A DNA stretch of 64,000 bases from Massalongia carnosa. Taxonomy: Eukaryota. Position numbers and translations under genes: made by a program. Positions 12,881 through 27,428 of this stretch are shown in pieces (within the stretch, counting starts at the first letter, position 1; each line of letters opens with the position of its first letter). The notes beneath the pieces were generated by a model, which did not search any database, had not been told where the DNA came from, and saw only the letters and a list, made by a program, of their open reading frames with translations. The stretch is taken from NCBI GenBank assembly GCA_965645245.1, contig OZ287069.1:2232001-2296000 (forward strand), in the 5' to 3' direction.

Positions 12881-13851
12881 GGAAGATAGGATAAGTTAAC
12901 TTGCTCAAACTTCAGTTTGATGTTACTGATTTGTTTATGCTTTCTTTGCCTTTCTAGCTTATATGTTCCTGATTTGTTGCTTAGGCTTCTTTTGGTTGGT
13001 TTTTTGTCGAAGCCCTGTTGGTCTTCGTATTGTAATTTAGCTTTATGAGAAACGTTATATGAATGATACCTCTTCTCCTTGCCATAGCCAGTGATAAAGG
13101 TTTGGTAGCTAGAGCACTTTGTCATCTAGCTCCTTGGAAGTGAACTCGCCGCGGATCTTATTGCAGTCAGTCTTGACGAACCCAGCTGCGTTGTCAATTT
13201 TCCGAAACTGCCAAAACATTTAAGCCCAGAGCTACCAGCGCGTCAAACTGCGAGGGGACCAGCATATCTCTATCCAATCCAGTCCAGTCCAGGAACCTGC
13301 TCCCCTGGCAGACCCAAAGAACAGAGTTCCACCATCTGGCCCCCCACGGTTGAAACCAATGCCTGCCTGGAGAGAATATAACATGCCAATACATAATTAG
13401 GGAAACCTCGAAGTCAAGCTAATAAAGAAATCGTCCTATAAGCAGATAATAGTGAAATTTCGGGGAATGAAACTCGAAAGAGGTGCTAGAGGCTTCCGAG
13501 AGGCTACATTCATTATGTCAAATATCCACCGGTCACATCACCATCTAATCATCAGTCGACGCCCATCTTCTTAGCACTCCTTTGAGAGAAAAATATGTTC
13601 ATTGGCGTTCTTGAGCTACACTCGCTTCAGACCTTTTAGGATAGCAGGGCTGTACAAAATGCATCTTAGTCTCTCCATTTTTCCACCCCCAGTCCACACA
13701 AGCATGCTTCCCACCCCAAATCAAACCCTCTCCCGCCGTTTGACTTTCCCAACCTCCCCCCGGTCGGTAGCCTTCCCAAAACTCAATTTGGAAAGTAATA
13801 TTTTTAGTGTTATGTACGAAATGAAGGGCGAGGGCTAAACAAATGAGGGCT

Positions 13852-14347
13852 TCATTTCGAGCCGCCGCGCTTCTGCTCCAGGAAAAGGACTTTTTTGCGG
13901 ACTAAAAAGAGGGCAAGAGGCGGTTACATCAGCAAGGGATGTTACTCGATAGGGATTCGCACCTGAAAAGAGTAGGGACGCTGTTGGCAGGAGGAGCGGA
14001 GGTAAATAGAAAAACGCCACGGAACAGGATAGAAACGCACCAACAGGGTCGTATTTCAGCATCGAGAGCGGATGGTGCAGGCGTGGGCGCACGAGGGTGC
14101 GGTAGTAGCCTGTCATAGCCATGGAAAGAAGGCGCACGGAGATAGTTCGGGATTTCACTGGGAGGAGGAAGAGGAGAGTAAGTAGAGATCTTCTAGGTTT
14201 GGAGTGAATTGGGGAGGGAAAGTGGAGTAATGAGTTTTTTGGGGGGGGGGGAGGAAGTTCGGGGGACGAGCGATGGATTGATTACTAGGAAGCAATAGGA
14301 GGAGAAAACACAAAGTCGAACTATCAAGACGAACCTTTCTTCGCCAT
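13852..14347 (-). CDS. MRPL39: Mitochondrial large-subunit ribosomal protein bL33m (yeast Mrpl39), 59 aa
   Basis: Exons 14347-14335, 14157-14041 and 13901-13852 with GT-AG introns give [59 protein letters not shown]. The KYDPVV.KKVLFLE segment is the bL33 signature. Confidence 0.93.
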
Positions 14348-16654
14348 CTCGTGCGCACCACAGCAACGGGTTCCAAGAAGGAAGGGATGAACGCTGATGT
14401 TGCGAACGTTGGTCGATACCTAAACAAGCGGCCGAGTCTTGGATTGGAACTAGGCAATTATCTAGCGGTGGACAGACAGTCCGCCTTACACGCGTTCGGC
14501 GAGGATTGTCTCACGTGACTGTACCGGTTATCAGATCGATCCCGTTCACCTGCTGGCGCAGTTTATCAATCTCTCAGCTTGACTAGGTTCCGTGCATAAC
14601 AAGGTAGAATTTTATAAGATCTGTGGCTGGGCGACCCCTCCAGCAGCTCTCAGCCTGCAGCAATCAGCCAATCCTGCAGCCTTGTCTACGTACTTATCCA
14701 GTTACGATCAGGTGGTAAATCTGGTCTAGATAGGATGGTTGGTTGGGTGACTCATACGTCAGTCATCATTCGCCAATCAAGAAGGATTCGGTTGGGGAAA
14801 ATGTGGGGAATTTGGATTGAATGACACTGGGACCAGACTGCACTGGACTGGACTAGACAGGTTTTGGGTGGCTACTCAATGAATGATGGACAGATAGACC
14901 TATGACTCTTTCCGATTCATGGACGTGCTTTCTGGGGGGGGATGGGGGGTGGTTGGAGGAAATGCGGGGGACAAATGGAGGGGGAGGTTAGTTATGACGA
15001 CTCTCCCTTCTGCCCATTTGTTCAATCGATTCTCACCTGTGGTGCTGAAGGATTCATAACCTAGTGAACAGGATCAGTATCCTCTAACCTGGATACCTAG
15101 GTATCTACCTGGCCACGTCAATCGGCAAAACTCAGAATTGGGGATTGGGGATTTCCAGAAGATAGTTCTGAGCATGGCGACCGTGTTCGATATCCAGGTG
15201 AGAGATGTGTGAAGAGATAACTGCGTTCCGTGGTGATGCAGCCGTTCTGATAAACGGCCAGAACAGTATGTTAGGTAAGTAGTTGACCCTTTCATTCGTC
15301 TATATACGGAGTACACCCCCAGTTTCCCACCTCCCATCCATCTATTCGCGCTTTCTTACCCAATTCTCCTCGCCATTCCACTGCAACATTCTCTTCCCTT
15401 CCTAATACTCCGTATTCTTCCATATGTCCCCTCTAACCAACTCCCCCACCTCCCCAAGCCACCCCCCCTAACCCCAAACCAGCATAGCAGGTAGGCAAAA
15501 TACAAGCTCAGAGGCAAACCAAACACCCTTCGTAAAAGAAAAGATAGCTAGGTAGCAATCGAAAACCCCCCTTCTGATTTAGAAAAACCAATCCCCTAAC
15601 CTAACGCTTCTGTCTATCCACAAGCTGGGTAATTTCCAGAACCACCGCGCTTGGAGCGAAACCCAACGCGCTCCGGCGACTCGAAGGACAAGGGAACCAA
15701 ACACGGAAGATGTATTGAAACCACAACGAGTATAACTAGGTAGTTGCAGGTTTGAAGGGATGAAACGGAAACCCCGTGACCCCTTCCTGCTGTAACCGGT
15801 AACTAACCGCAAGCAGGGCTTTTTGTTTGTTGTCCATTTACGTAACTAGCGTTGAACGGATTTGGACTGGGTAAGTAGGTTGGTCTATACCTAATTTAGG
15901 GGAAAGTCGTTTGCGGGTTTTATTTGGGCCCCGGAGATTAGCGTTCGGTTACCGAACGATTGGATGGGGGGGAACCGTTTGCGCGGGAATCGAAGACTTC
16001 CTAAGTACCCGGTACTTGGGGCCTTTTCCTGTGGGCCAATAGGAAAATCTAAACGCTAGTTTCGTCTTTTCTTTCTTCTGAAGATCTGATAAATTTACTC
16101 TTCTATTTCCGGCATGTTTTCCCCAAAAACAAAAAAAACACTCCACAAAACAAGTCAAATCGAGCGGATTGGGTTTTCTTGCTCAGACGTATAATTATAA
16201 TTATTCCACCATTGGCAATCTAAATCTCTCACGTCTCATCCCTTCCTCAATGTTCCCTTCCAAAATATAAACTAGTCCCGTCTGGGTAGCCCACCCAACC
16301 CTTTCTCTAACGCTCCATATCGCTCTCATCAGCTAGTGGATCGCTACTGTGAAAACAAACTCCATTGGCCAATTTTCATGCGCCAAGGTGCTGCGCGTGA
16401 GTCTGAAGCTATGCTATCTGCATATGAGCTAGGTTTGTATGTACAAGCCAAAGTAGATCTGAAGCAGGAAACTGCAACGCATGAATCTTCCCCAGGCTGG
16501 ACATGGAGAAGTTATTCCCATGCTGGAGGTTGGCAGTTCGGCGACCTTGATTGTATTGGATTAGGCGATCAAAAGAAACGATGGACCCAATTATAGTCCA
16601 TCAATTAGCCGTAGGTGTAGAGTTGCATGGAAAATGCGCCAAATCAAATGTCTT

Positions 16655-17308
16655 TCAATACCAGTCGCGGTCTTTTTGTGGGACGGGTGATGATGCCCTA
16701 GGCGTAGCCGTTACGTATATTGGTTGGCGCGATTTATTACGGTATTCCCTTTCCCGCATGTCTTCCTCGAAGAGGCTGCCTCGGCCAGTATAGTAGGGGT
16801 TTTCACGTCGCTTCTGCCGACTGTAGAGGATGGAAGGGGGCTCGGCCGTCTCGAGATGAAGCTTGCGATTGAACCGGGGCTCGCGCGAGTACTGGTTATT
16901 ACGTTCCGGTTGAACCTTGCGTGGGGGAACATAGTAGGTTTCGTCGTAGCTAACAGGAGGGGTTCGGCGACGCAAGCGAAGTCCGCGCTCCATCGCCTTG
17001 AGAAGGCCTCGAACTGCTTCGCATCCAGCAGGGATTTCAACCTGTACACGCTTATTGCCTTCTCGGTCGACAAGCGAGTAGGCTAGGCCGCTTTTATTGT
17101 AGAGGTATTGAGCCACGTCTAGCGCACGTTGGTGTCCTTTGGAGCAGAGGGTTCCGCCCCGCTTGTGGACATCGTAGGGGTGAGCGCATGTTGGACAATG
17201 GGAGGCGTGACGGGCGAAGGCTTTAATTACGTAAACCTCATCGTCTCGAGGGAGACGGGAATACGCAGGGGCGGGGTCAAAGTCGACCTGTCGACTAAAT
17301 GAAGGCAT
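16655..17308 (-). CDS. Fungal hypothetical protein with an HxxHCxxC...CxxGH putative metal-binding motif
   Basis: Intronless ORF from ATG 17308 (MPSFSRQVDFDPAP) with coding-like GC content. Globular N-half (AFARHASHCPTCAHPY..TLCSKGH) and an R/P/Y-rich tail. Confidence 0.8.
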   Translation of the reverse strand: MPSFSRQVDFDPAPAYSRLPRDDEVYVIKAFARHASHCPTCAHPYDVHKRGGTLCSKGHQRALDVAQYLYNKSGLAYSLVDREGNKRVQVEIPAGCEAVRGLLKAMERGLRLRRRTPPVSYDETYYVPPRKVQPERNNQYSREPRFNRKLHLETAEPPSILYSRQKRRENPYYTGRGSLFEEDMREREYRNKSRQPIYVTATPRASSPVPQKDRDWY

Positions 17309-20300
17309 TGCGGCTCGTGGTGGTGACTTTGGGATGGATTGAACTGGTGTGACGATGTAGTAGGTTGTGTTTGTGTATGATTGAGGCACGTTAGGTAGGT
17401 CGATGGTGAGAGGGGTTGAGGTAATGAAAGAGGGAGCTTGGAGGGAAATAAACAGATTAAAGCCCCTCCAGTCCCAGGCGAGATTATAGACGGTCAGTGA
17501 TGTCTGATATGGGCCGAGTTACTTTGAAAGGATGTTGGTGTTGAACAATTCACAAGGGTTTCTGAATGGTTGAAGAAGAGACGTTGAGGTAAGTGGTAGG
17601 TCTTGGTGCGATGAATTAAAATATGAAGAAAGATGAACGAGGGAGAAGGGAAGATATAAGTTGAGCCAGTATGCCTGGTACAGAGTCTTGGGGAAAGCGG
17701 CCCCATAGGGCTGCATTGTTAGCCCCGAGTCATAGGCATCCATGACCATCTCGATGTACTCTGTAGACACATGAGTACAAACACGCACGCCAACTCGGAA
17801 CAAGACACCCTGTCTAGAAATGCACTCGGCGACGCTTGCAACGCCACGAGTGCATCCGATGGCGCACAGGGTCATAGTGCGCGTTGAATGTTGCTAGGGA
17901 ACTACGTATTCCGGAGCAATTGACTGGTGGGCGCCTGAATCGGCTCCATCCCCCATGCTCTCCCACAGTGGCTATGCTTAACTTAGAACTTTACCCCCAA
18001 AACTCGAACCTTTACGCGACTCGAAACTCGTCCAAAGCCAAACATGCTTCATCAGGTGCAAGCATCCAAATGAACGAGCAAGCCGCTCTCGATATGTTTT
18101 GGGATATGGCTATCCAGTGACGATGAATGAAGGTGTAGCAATGTAATGGTAGTAATAAAAAGGCGAAAAAGGGGTAAGGGGGTGAAGGAGGGTATTTTAG
18201 GCAAGGTATTCTAGTGTTCACAATACTCTCTAGTGTTGTGCGAAGTGGTAGAGCCAAAGGGATTAGCGAGTAGGAGAAAATGACGCTAGAGCGAGAAAAA
18301 ACCAGGCAGCAGCGACGAAGGAGAATAGGTCCAATAGGCTTTCGAGGGTCACAAGGGTTAACAGAGTACCTAAACCTTGTTCAGGAAGCACAAGCTCTGC
18401 ACGATAAGACTAATCCAAATGTGGCCTATTGCTCAGTGGCTCTATGGATTTTGGCGTTTTGACTGCGCCAACAGCTGAGCAAGATTACAAAAGTGTGGCT
18501 GAATGTCAGGCTGACTTCCTTCCATCTTCTTGGTCACCGCGTGATTGCCGGTTGTATACTCTGTGCCAACGTTACTTCACGCATGCAGCAGATTATGTCT
18601 TGCATTTGAGCCTCTTCCTCATAGTGTTCCAGCCACTCCCAAGGTTCATCCCAGGGTTCCTTGAGATGCATTTTTTAATAACAACGTTCAGTTAGGCGAG
18701 TTGGGTTTCCTGTTTGGCCTTTCTAGAGGCTCAAAATATCTATGCAAATGATAGAAGTTACGTGAACTGAGCGGCTTCGAGATCGGAAAATGTTCGGTTT
18801 CAACTTCGATTCTCTACAACCGACGGTAACCATCCGTCGTTTCACAGGAGGATTCATGCTTCATTGCAACATCAAACAATGACTTCGATTTCAATCAAAC
18901 CCATCTACCATCTCCAGTGTTGTACATTAAAAATGATCCGCGGGTTATATCGTGGGTGTTGAGATCAAAGCGGTCACGCGTTCGAGCTTTTTGGTACCGC
19001 CTATCAACAAAGATCGGTCCTCATCTCATGAGTATGCCGTCATTCAACATACTATTATCCATTGATATACTACCATTGTGAGAGGGTAATGATGGGTAGT
19101 GCATATCGTGATGAATCAATGGAGCTATTGCTAGGAGACGTCGGACGGTGACATCAACAGAACGGTAAGAAAAAAAGACAGTCACATCCTGTCAGCTAGG
19201 TAGACGACGATTGCGTTGGACTATATGCCTGACTAGCTGAACGACCGACTGGAATAGAAACGAAGGAATGACAGACAGGTCGGTGAATAGCAGATGATCA
19301 ATAGATTGACAGCAGATGAAGTGTCGACAGCTGAGCGACCGAGACTATAAGCTCCGTGCTCAGGGGCGTCACCACCGCTCCACCGGTTGGGCCCCGCGTA
19401 GAAGGCACCAGAGACAGCTAACTGACCAATCATTTGAAGGTGGTCCACCTCAACCTCATCACACTAGTTATATGCTATGCGCCCTTCTTAACATCACTTG
19501 GAAATAATCGTTGAGTCGATTATTGTTTGAGCTATTTTCTAAAGGTCCTTCGGCCTATCGCATAGATATGTTTCTAAAATAATTGTTGTGTTCATATATT
19601 CGTCCTGTTTTGTATGACTTGCTATGATGGAGATGGTTACTGCCAGCAGCCATATGGTGGCAGACACATGCACGGTCTGTCCTGCCAGGCAACTGAAGAG
19701 TCAAGAGTTGTTGACTAACATGCACAGATTCTGAATACCTTTAAGATTGAACCAGCTCCCAGGTGTTTGCCCCTCGCTTGGCGGAATTTATCCGTTAACA
19801 TCCAACAGCTTATCACGCAGGGGTTCGCATCCTTCGGTTTCTGCTGTGATGGTCTTGCCACCCGACAACCGCTTATCTGTAGGACGACCAGAACCCTGGA
19901 GTTTGTTGGAAAGTACCCTCTATAGCTAGCTTAGGATTCATCACCTAATGTTGTCGATCCTGGCTCTTCATTCTCCTGGGCTAATAATATCCAAGGTAGT
20001 TGGAATGACGCCGAAGAACAAGAAGAGAGTAAGGCAACTAGATCTACTTCTTTATCCCAAGATTTTTCACTATTACTCTATAGCCGTTCAACTGATCCAT
20101 CCGCATAATCGATGTATATCTTGTAACGCTTATTATATCTTCCCCTGTCTACCACGAATTTATAGATATGGCTTTCTTTAATAGACTCGCCCCGCATTTA
20201 TCCGCGGTCCGGAATGATATCAAGCTGATGTTTGGAAGAGACGGTTCGAGTATCATCTTGGTTTGGTGCTTGACTCTGGATGACAACAGAATCTTCCCGG

Positions 20301-23300
20301 TTTCGGCCGTATTCTACGGTCAAAGCCAAATGATGTGGAAAGTAGTGCTGCTTTTAGGTATCTAGGATCATCTATACTCATCGTCAAACAACCAATCCAG
20401 CCTCCATTAGCACACTCATCCGCAATGCCTTTCGTATATTGCCTATCTACTCTGTTTCGAATGGCGCACATGCGAGTCTTTTCAGTGCAAACAGATCCGA
20501 TGCGCTAGCCAATGATGACTAGTTCTATGTATCTTTTAGAAAGCTAAATTGCCGTGCTATTGAGTGGATTGATGACGTGCAGGAAGTTACAAGACTCTAT
20601 GCAGAAATCTTTTAGGGAGGCAAATTTTAGTCTAGTGAAAGGGCAAATTTCCCACTGGTTGCGAGTCTTGACAATCAGAGGCTTTCAGTCTGGCAGCTTG
20701 GAATACCCATGTTGCCCAGAATGAGAGAACAGTCAAACCTTGAGTGCCTTCCGATATAATTCTAATCTTCCTAGGCCCCGGTTACAAATGAAGAGCGATA
20801 CTGCCGTTGGCTAGAATACTATCAAGCCTTTTCTCCTTGCTAGGTAATAAAGATACTGAATGAATAAAGAAGTTAAGAAGGGGTTCGTACGCTATCCCTA
20901 TCATTTTTTTTTTGCACCAGCTTTCTTATCAGTAGTCTAAGTTAAACGCTGATGGATATTCTTAACATAATACTCACAACGCAGCAGCAACCTCTCTACC
21001 TATCCTCGCATGTTATATTCCTTCCCCCCCACCCAAACATAACTTACACAAATCCCAGAAAATGGCAGCTCAACCATACTACCACGGCGACTACACCTTG
21101 CCATCATTCAGATAATTGAAGTTTCCCAACTATATACTCGCAGCTGATTTTTGATTTGTGACTAGTAATTCATGAAACTAATTTAACGGCCGCACTTAGC
21201 GATAATGCAAAAGAGGGTGAACACGAGTAACCCCCGAGCCCGCTACCCAGAATTTTAGAACTCACCGCTTCCACCCTTTACAACAGGACGGTAGGCTTTT
21301 ATTATGCGTGATTGCGTACGCCGTACTAGCTACGATTGATTGCTTTGCCTGCTGGCCATTGGTGCTGCAATACTCGATGACGTGATTGTGCTAACAACCA
21401 CAGCAAAGCTTCGCGTGATCGTGATATTGGTGTTTAACGCAAAAGGGGTATCTTGAAAGAGTCTGATGGTATGTTAGAGCTAGCTTCTCACCTAGCATAC
21501 AAAGCCATGCTCTAAATTCTGAGGTAAACGAAGATCTTATTATCTCAAAAGCAAGATGATCAATCAGAAGTTATCGCTGGATTCCAAAATGCGCGTCTAC
21601 GGAGGCAAGGTCCCGCTTCCTCTCAAGGCCCAGGGGAGCAAATACTCGAGATGGCTCCTGATACACAGCTTCACGATGGGTAATGAAAGTGTGACCAACT
21701 TGCAACGAAATAGGAGACGGTTATCCTCATGGTGGACGAGCGTGATTAAGCTTTAAAGAAGACGATGAGTAAGATAGTAAGATATGCTCATTTTATCTTA
21801 CTTGCCATCAAGATAGGATGCTATGAAAGAAGATGAAAAGCATGATTTAAGGAGGTGGAGTCGGAAGTGTGATGCGGGTACGAAGAGTACCTAGGTAGGT
21901 CGTCCTATAACGTTTGCATTACACAATCAAGCTAGCTTTCAATATACATTTTGTCGGATGAGGTACAGAGTACTTGAGGAGCCAATTCCACTAAGGTTTA
22001 AGGTTGTACTTAAAGCAACATCCACCTCATTTTATAGCAAATGCTTTCAATGGCGGCGAAGGGGGAACATCTAACGTCAGGATAATACGACGCAGGCTCT
22101 TGACTCGTTTCAACTTCTAAACACATCAGATAACCGAGCAAGGGACTTCTTTCATCCTCTACTCTATCATTCTACTCCATCATTTATTCCTGCGTTTTGA
22201 GTGCCGTCGAAAAGAAACCATCTTTGAATAGCACGATTAGCAGGTAATGGTATTCAAGGCCTGCTCCTATAACGACCCAGCTTTTGCTGATGGTAAAATT
22301 GAACATAAAAGTCAGATCAGTTAAATGAGGTTTAAGAGATCTGGCTTTCCTTACGTCTCTTTACTCGTCCATTGTTCTATCATACCTCTAGCTGGGCATC
22401 GGTAGCTAGAGTTGCGACTTTCCAAACCACTCTACACTACTGGCCCCCATCCCTTTTTCTCTACGCCTCATGTCTCTTCTAATCCACCTCTTGGTACTTT
22501 TAAAAAGTCATTCAGATGATTTTCCCATTACCGTTGTCTCGCCTTCACTATCAATCATCCCCATCAAACCCTCCTGATTTCTTGATTCTCCGCTCCTTTC
22601 ATTATCACCACATCGACGTTTCTCACAACTAATAGCGGTTCATTAACCCTTTCCGGAGAGATCCCTAAACTGACGCGGTACTCAAAATGGGCGAATATGC
22701 AACTATCTATCTCTTCGTAAATATTTCAACTAATCTTATCTAAACGTCGGTCCTTTGATGATTATACTAGAGGAAGCCAAAGAAGGTTTAAGCTTGCCCG
22801 ACCAGGCCTGTCATTCGAAGGAGAAATTTCCCTCGGCTTATGACAGCTCTCCTGCTAGAAACCTCATTATTACCTATTTCAAACCCGCTATCTTTCCCTA
22901 TTGTATTTCCAAAGCCTTGAACTATCCCCTTCGTTAAACAATTGGGTTCAAGTAAAGTTAGACTACAATCTATATACTCGGCAAAGGAGAAAAAAAGGTA
23001 ATATTAAGGAAGAGCAAGCAGGTAGGATAAGAGATGGCCGCAAAGAATAGGCATGTGTGGTTAAAGGTTTAAGACAATAGCCCCTGGATTGGTGTAGAAA
23101 TGGAGTGCTAGGATAAGATATTACGAGGCTGGGGGGTGAGGGGCCGAGGAGCGTCGATCATGGTGAATTGATGCTAGAGGGCAGATTTGGCGAAAGCCAG
23201 AAAGACGAAGGTCGAGACAGGAGGGAAGTTAAACCCCAAACCCACCCGCAGAAATCGGGAATCCATCCTTGGCTCCCATCCATCCAGCTACGTATCTTCA

Positions 23301-24219
23301 CTTAAACAATCTACAGGCCGCTTTTTCAACGTCTCCGTTCCGCTATTATCGAACAACCTTCCCTCTCACTAGAAAAAAAAAAAAAAAAAGGGAGGCTGGG
23401 GACACGAAGGGGTTCCTGTAACCATCTCCCTCGAGCAGCCCAGCAAGCGAAAAGCTTCCAAATAGCGAGCCGACAAACACCAAGCAAGCAAGCAAGCAAG
23501 CGGGTTCGTGACGGAGTGATTGCGTGGTATGTGCATGCTTGATTTTATCTGCGTGGCTTGGGCGATGGTTGGGTATGGACCTGGGTAGGTAGATACGTAA
23601 TCAGCGCTAAAGCGGAGGTGAAGGAAGGAAGGGGGATTTCAAGACCTGAGGTGGCAGCACTAATAGGTTTATCGAACTTGATACACCCTACCATTAAACC
23701 AAATTGGCTATTTCACGGACTTTCCATCGAACTGCCCCGTGTGGCGGCTTGTCAAATAGTTTTAGGGGGGCGGAGGGGGCGGAGGGTGTTCTGGGACTTC
23801 GGGGTGGGTACTCATGGCCTGGCGGCCCGGCTGCTTTTCCGGCAAACAGAAAGATAGGTATAAGAGGGAGGAGAGAAGGTGGGGTATTTACATAGAACGT
23901 ATTATGATAGTGATTTCTAGGGGCTGAAAGGGCTCGGAGGAGACTAGAAATATCGACGGGATGGGAAATGCTAACATCACGAGGGACACGAGGGGAAAGC
24001 CGTTTGGTCAATAATTTAGAGGGGTTCGTTTCTGTTTGTGTTCGTCATTATCTATATCCGTGTATTTTCTCGTAGCGGAGTACGTGCACAGGCTCATTTC
24101 CCCCGGGCCTATTTACAGGGTTTCCTCTCCAAACCAAACATCCACTCCCCGTTCATCCTCTATCTAACCGGGGTTCACGCCCCACTCGCGACATCCCATA
24201 AAAAAAACACCATAATGCC

Positions 24220-25716
24220 TCATAGATACTGATAACAGAACGGTCCATCGAGCGTGTCCATGAAGTCCCTTATCGGTTTCGGGCCCTCCGGAGAAAGTTT
24301 GCCTAAATCGATGTTGTCGGTGATCTTGGCCTCAGGACTGGGCGGGTAGTTGAAAAAGGTGCCGGTGCCGCTGATGGCGTGTTGGCGCTTGGAGGGATCG
24401 AATCGCTGCCAGATGCTCCAGAGGCGGTCGATTTGTGCGTGATGTAGGAAGAAGATGGGATCCCCTGGACTAGAGAAGGTATCGGACATGTCAAGGCCTA
24501 CGCCTGTTTTTGCGAGAAAATATCAGTAAGATGTAAGTTTTTCTGGGATCAAACAATTTAGTCAAAGGGGAACGAACCGAAGTGGCCTGCACCGTGCAGG
24601 TTCTGCACTTTGGGATCACTGCCAAAGTTCAGAATGTTGTTGAAGGTGGAAATATTGGAGCTTTTCAAGAGAGTAAAAACTTTCTCATGCGTTAGCGCCG
24701 GAGCTGCGATCTCAGGGTTGAGGTCGCGACGCAAGCAATGAGGCTTGTAAGCCAAATTTTTGGGATTGTTAAGCTGGCTAGCGTCGATGCTCGGGCTGAC
24801 CTGGCCGAAGGGAACTTCGAAGTTGGCAAACGGACCGCTGGTGACGCACCCGCCGCCGGTACCAGAAGGAAGATCCAGCTTCAGAAGGGGTGTACCAGGG
24901 AGCTTGAGAGTAGCTTTGACATCGGGTCGGTTCGGGATGGCCTTTCCGTTGCCAGACATGCTGTAAGGGGATCCGTCGAAAAGAGGAGATGACTCAATGT
25001 CGTGCGCGTCCAAGGTCCAGTCCCAGTACCTGAAGCGAGAGGTCAGCCTCCTCGAAGAAACGGTCTTTAGGCCAAATATGAATCCCGTGAATGACTTACG
25101 GCTGAGACCCGGTGTACCCACACTCATCCTTCAGCGCTTTTTCATATGTCCAAGTGAACCACCGATGCCACGGGAGGAATTGAGCCTTGATATTGGTCAG
25201 CCTACAGAGCATTGATAGCCTTTTCTGTTCTTATAGCAGCGCGACCTGGGGCACATGGCAGGAATTCAATAAAAGAAGTAAGGTTCGAAAATTTGGACTA
25301 ACATTAAAATGAATGATGAACGTCTGCTTAATATGAAGAACTTGGAAATCATCATAACGGCTCTTAGCACCGATAATCTCTTTGTAGAGCGCAGGTTTCT
25401 TTTTCAGGCAGAGCACAGCATCGGTATATTGCTTTCTTTCTTCCTTGGTCAGCGTACGCCTAGTTGAATCAAGTTAATATCAAAAACCCATATGAAATGC
25501 ACTTCTTACGTACCACTCTCTTCGGAAATGGAGTTTATCATGTGTACACTTTTGGGTATCTCGATCTTCGATGTTGGAGCTGGCAAAATCAATCGCAGCT
25601 AGACTTCCGTAATGCGCATCTCTCCGTGATGAATGATAATCTATGGGGATAATGGTCGAAAGTACCGTAGCTATAGAAGCGCAAAGTGCCGACAATACGG
25701 GAAGAGAAAAATGCAT
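24220..25716 (-). CDS. Secreted tyrosinase / type-3 copper oxidase, multi-exon
   Basis: Signal peptide MHFSLPVLSALCASIATVLS, then FRREW, SRYDDFQVLH..IHFN, FLPWHR, ECGYTGSQPYWDW, GGGCVTSGPF, CLRRD, LHGAGHF and SPGDPIFFLHHAQIDRLWSIWQ (CuA and CuB histidines), spread over exons separated by GT-AG introns. Confidence 0.92.
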
Positions 25717-27428
25717 TGTGACGGTTGTACGAGTCTTCGTAATAGCCTGTAAACTTGAAAGACAGAGATCCTAGAAGGAACAGATTGACAGCGATGAATA
25801 TGGTCGAGGGGAGAGACTGGATTGAAAGTGAACCAATACAAACGATGGCGTAGAATATGACGGGTTTTATATAAATGTTGAAGTGCTCGAAGACCTGGAT
25901 GTTCTCCGGCCCTGTACAAAGCACGATCATACCTAGTTCGAGACCATCGCGTACCCAAATGGGGCTCACACTTGCATTCAATGATTATACAGCCCACAAA
26001 AGATGGACGGAGTTTGACTTCCGGTTCGTGTATCGCGGCCGGGATCTCATTTTACATGAGATGAGGCGCATGGAGCTCCGCTTTCAGATGCGGGTGGGAA
26101 AACAGGAGGAAACGACGCTAATGAATTCATAGAACGTAGAAGATTTGTAGAAGGATGGCAGGAAGCAAGATAAGGTCCTGCTTACCAGGGTACCTCGGTT
26201 TCCTTGCCGCAGCTATCCAAGGATTGGCTGTATCCACCAAATGTCAATCTTGACTAGTTTACTAGATCTGAGCATGGAATAAAAATAGCCAGATGTTCTT
26301 GGGATTTCGACAGAATGCCAATACACGAACGTGATTTTAATAAACGACAGGCTTGCTCTGCTAGAGGATACAGAAGGGTATGCCTCGCAGCAGATGGCCA
26401 AGTAAAAAGCGGTGGAGTAGCGCTGTTGGATGTTGATAGTCCATAACTTAGTCTCAAGGCGGGACATTGAGGTAGGTAGTGAGGCAAGACACTCATACCA
26501 AGCAACGTGTTTGCTAAAGCAAGGTCCGTAGCAATCCCACGCACAAATACCTTTATTGGCCAATGGTTAGTTAGTCCCTGGCTGCAGCCGTTGCATGAGA
26601 AAAAAGGTCGGGTCATTTATTAGGCATGATCGAACGGGATGATGGAGAAATCTAGCAGTACGTATCTGGTGACGAATGAACTTCGTATTATTGACCCATG
26701 TTCCGTTAATCCCGCTTACGTGAATCTTAAATATAAGCGTCAGTAGCATGCCTCAAACCTACTCGTTGTTTTCGAATTCCTGACTGATTTAGTCGGAAGA
26801 AATGCAAGCATAGTTGACGAAGTATGGAAAGCAGTGACCCAATCTGATAGTAGAAGATCCCGTCTGAACAACATTGCCGGTAGCAGCTTCCGAGCGGGCT
26901 AGAAGTCTCAAGGCGGCTTTTGAGGACTTGATGGCATTTCTTACGCATGATTTGAGGCGCTTGGTGGCTTGTTGGCGAAATGCTAGATCGCTGCGCCGTC
27001 GATAGACTATAAAGTTGGAACGTCAGCCTAATTGCTGGAAGGGATATCAACTTCCGCACCCAAGTGGTTGCTCTAGTCCTCTGGACCTAATTGCGAATAA
27101 TACGTCACATCTAGTATACGTAGGTGCACTTTGAAGATGGCGTGGTATTTGCAAGTTCGATTATTATGGAGCATTCTATTTGGAGGACAGTCCTAAGATT
27201 TGCGACAAGCTATTTAGAGTCTAAAACCAAACAAGAGCACGCGTTTAAAGCATGATGAGCAGATCACAACTATCTTTCTTCCTCAAGCCGCCCATGGACG
27301 CGGCTGTCAACATCAAGAAAATACTGGTTCTCGGTAGTGTTTGTAAACGTCTATCTGCTTCATAACAATGCGCTTCCTTAGGGTTTCGTTTTCGCTTTAT
27401 GACTCTGGGCATCACGTTTTCGTAACAC

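Noticed and set aside
17494..24200. Numerous 60-120 aa ORFs in the long intergenic region, and a possible TPP riboswitch
   Set aside because: No coding signature or motifs, and the TPP aptamer core was not found on either strand.
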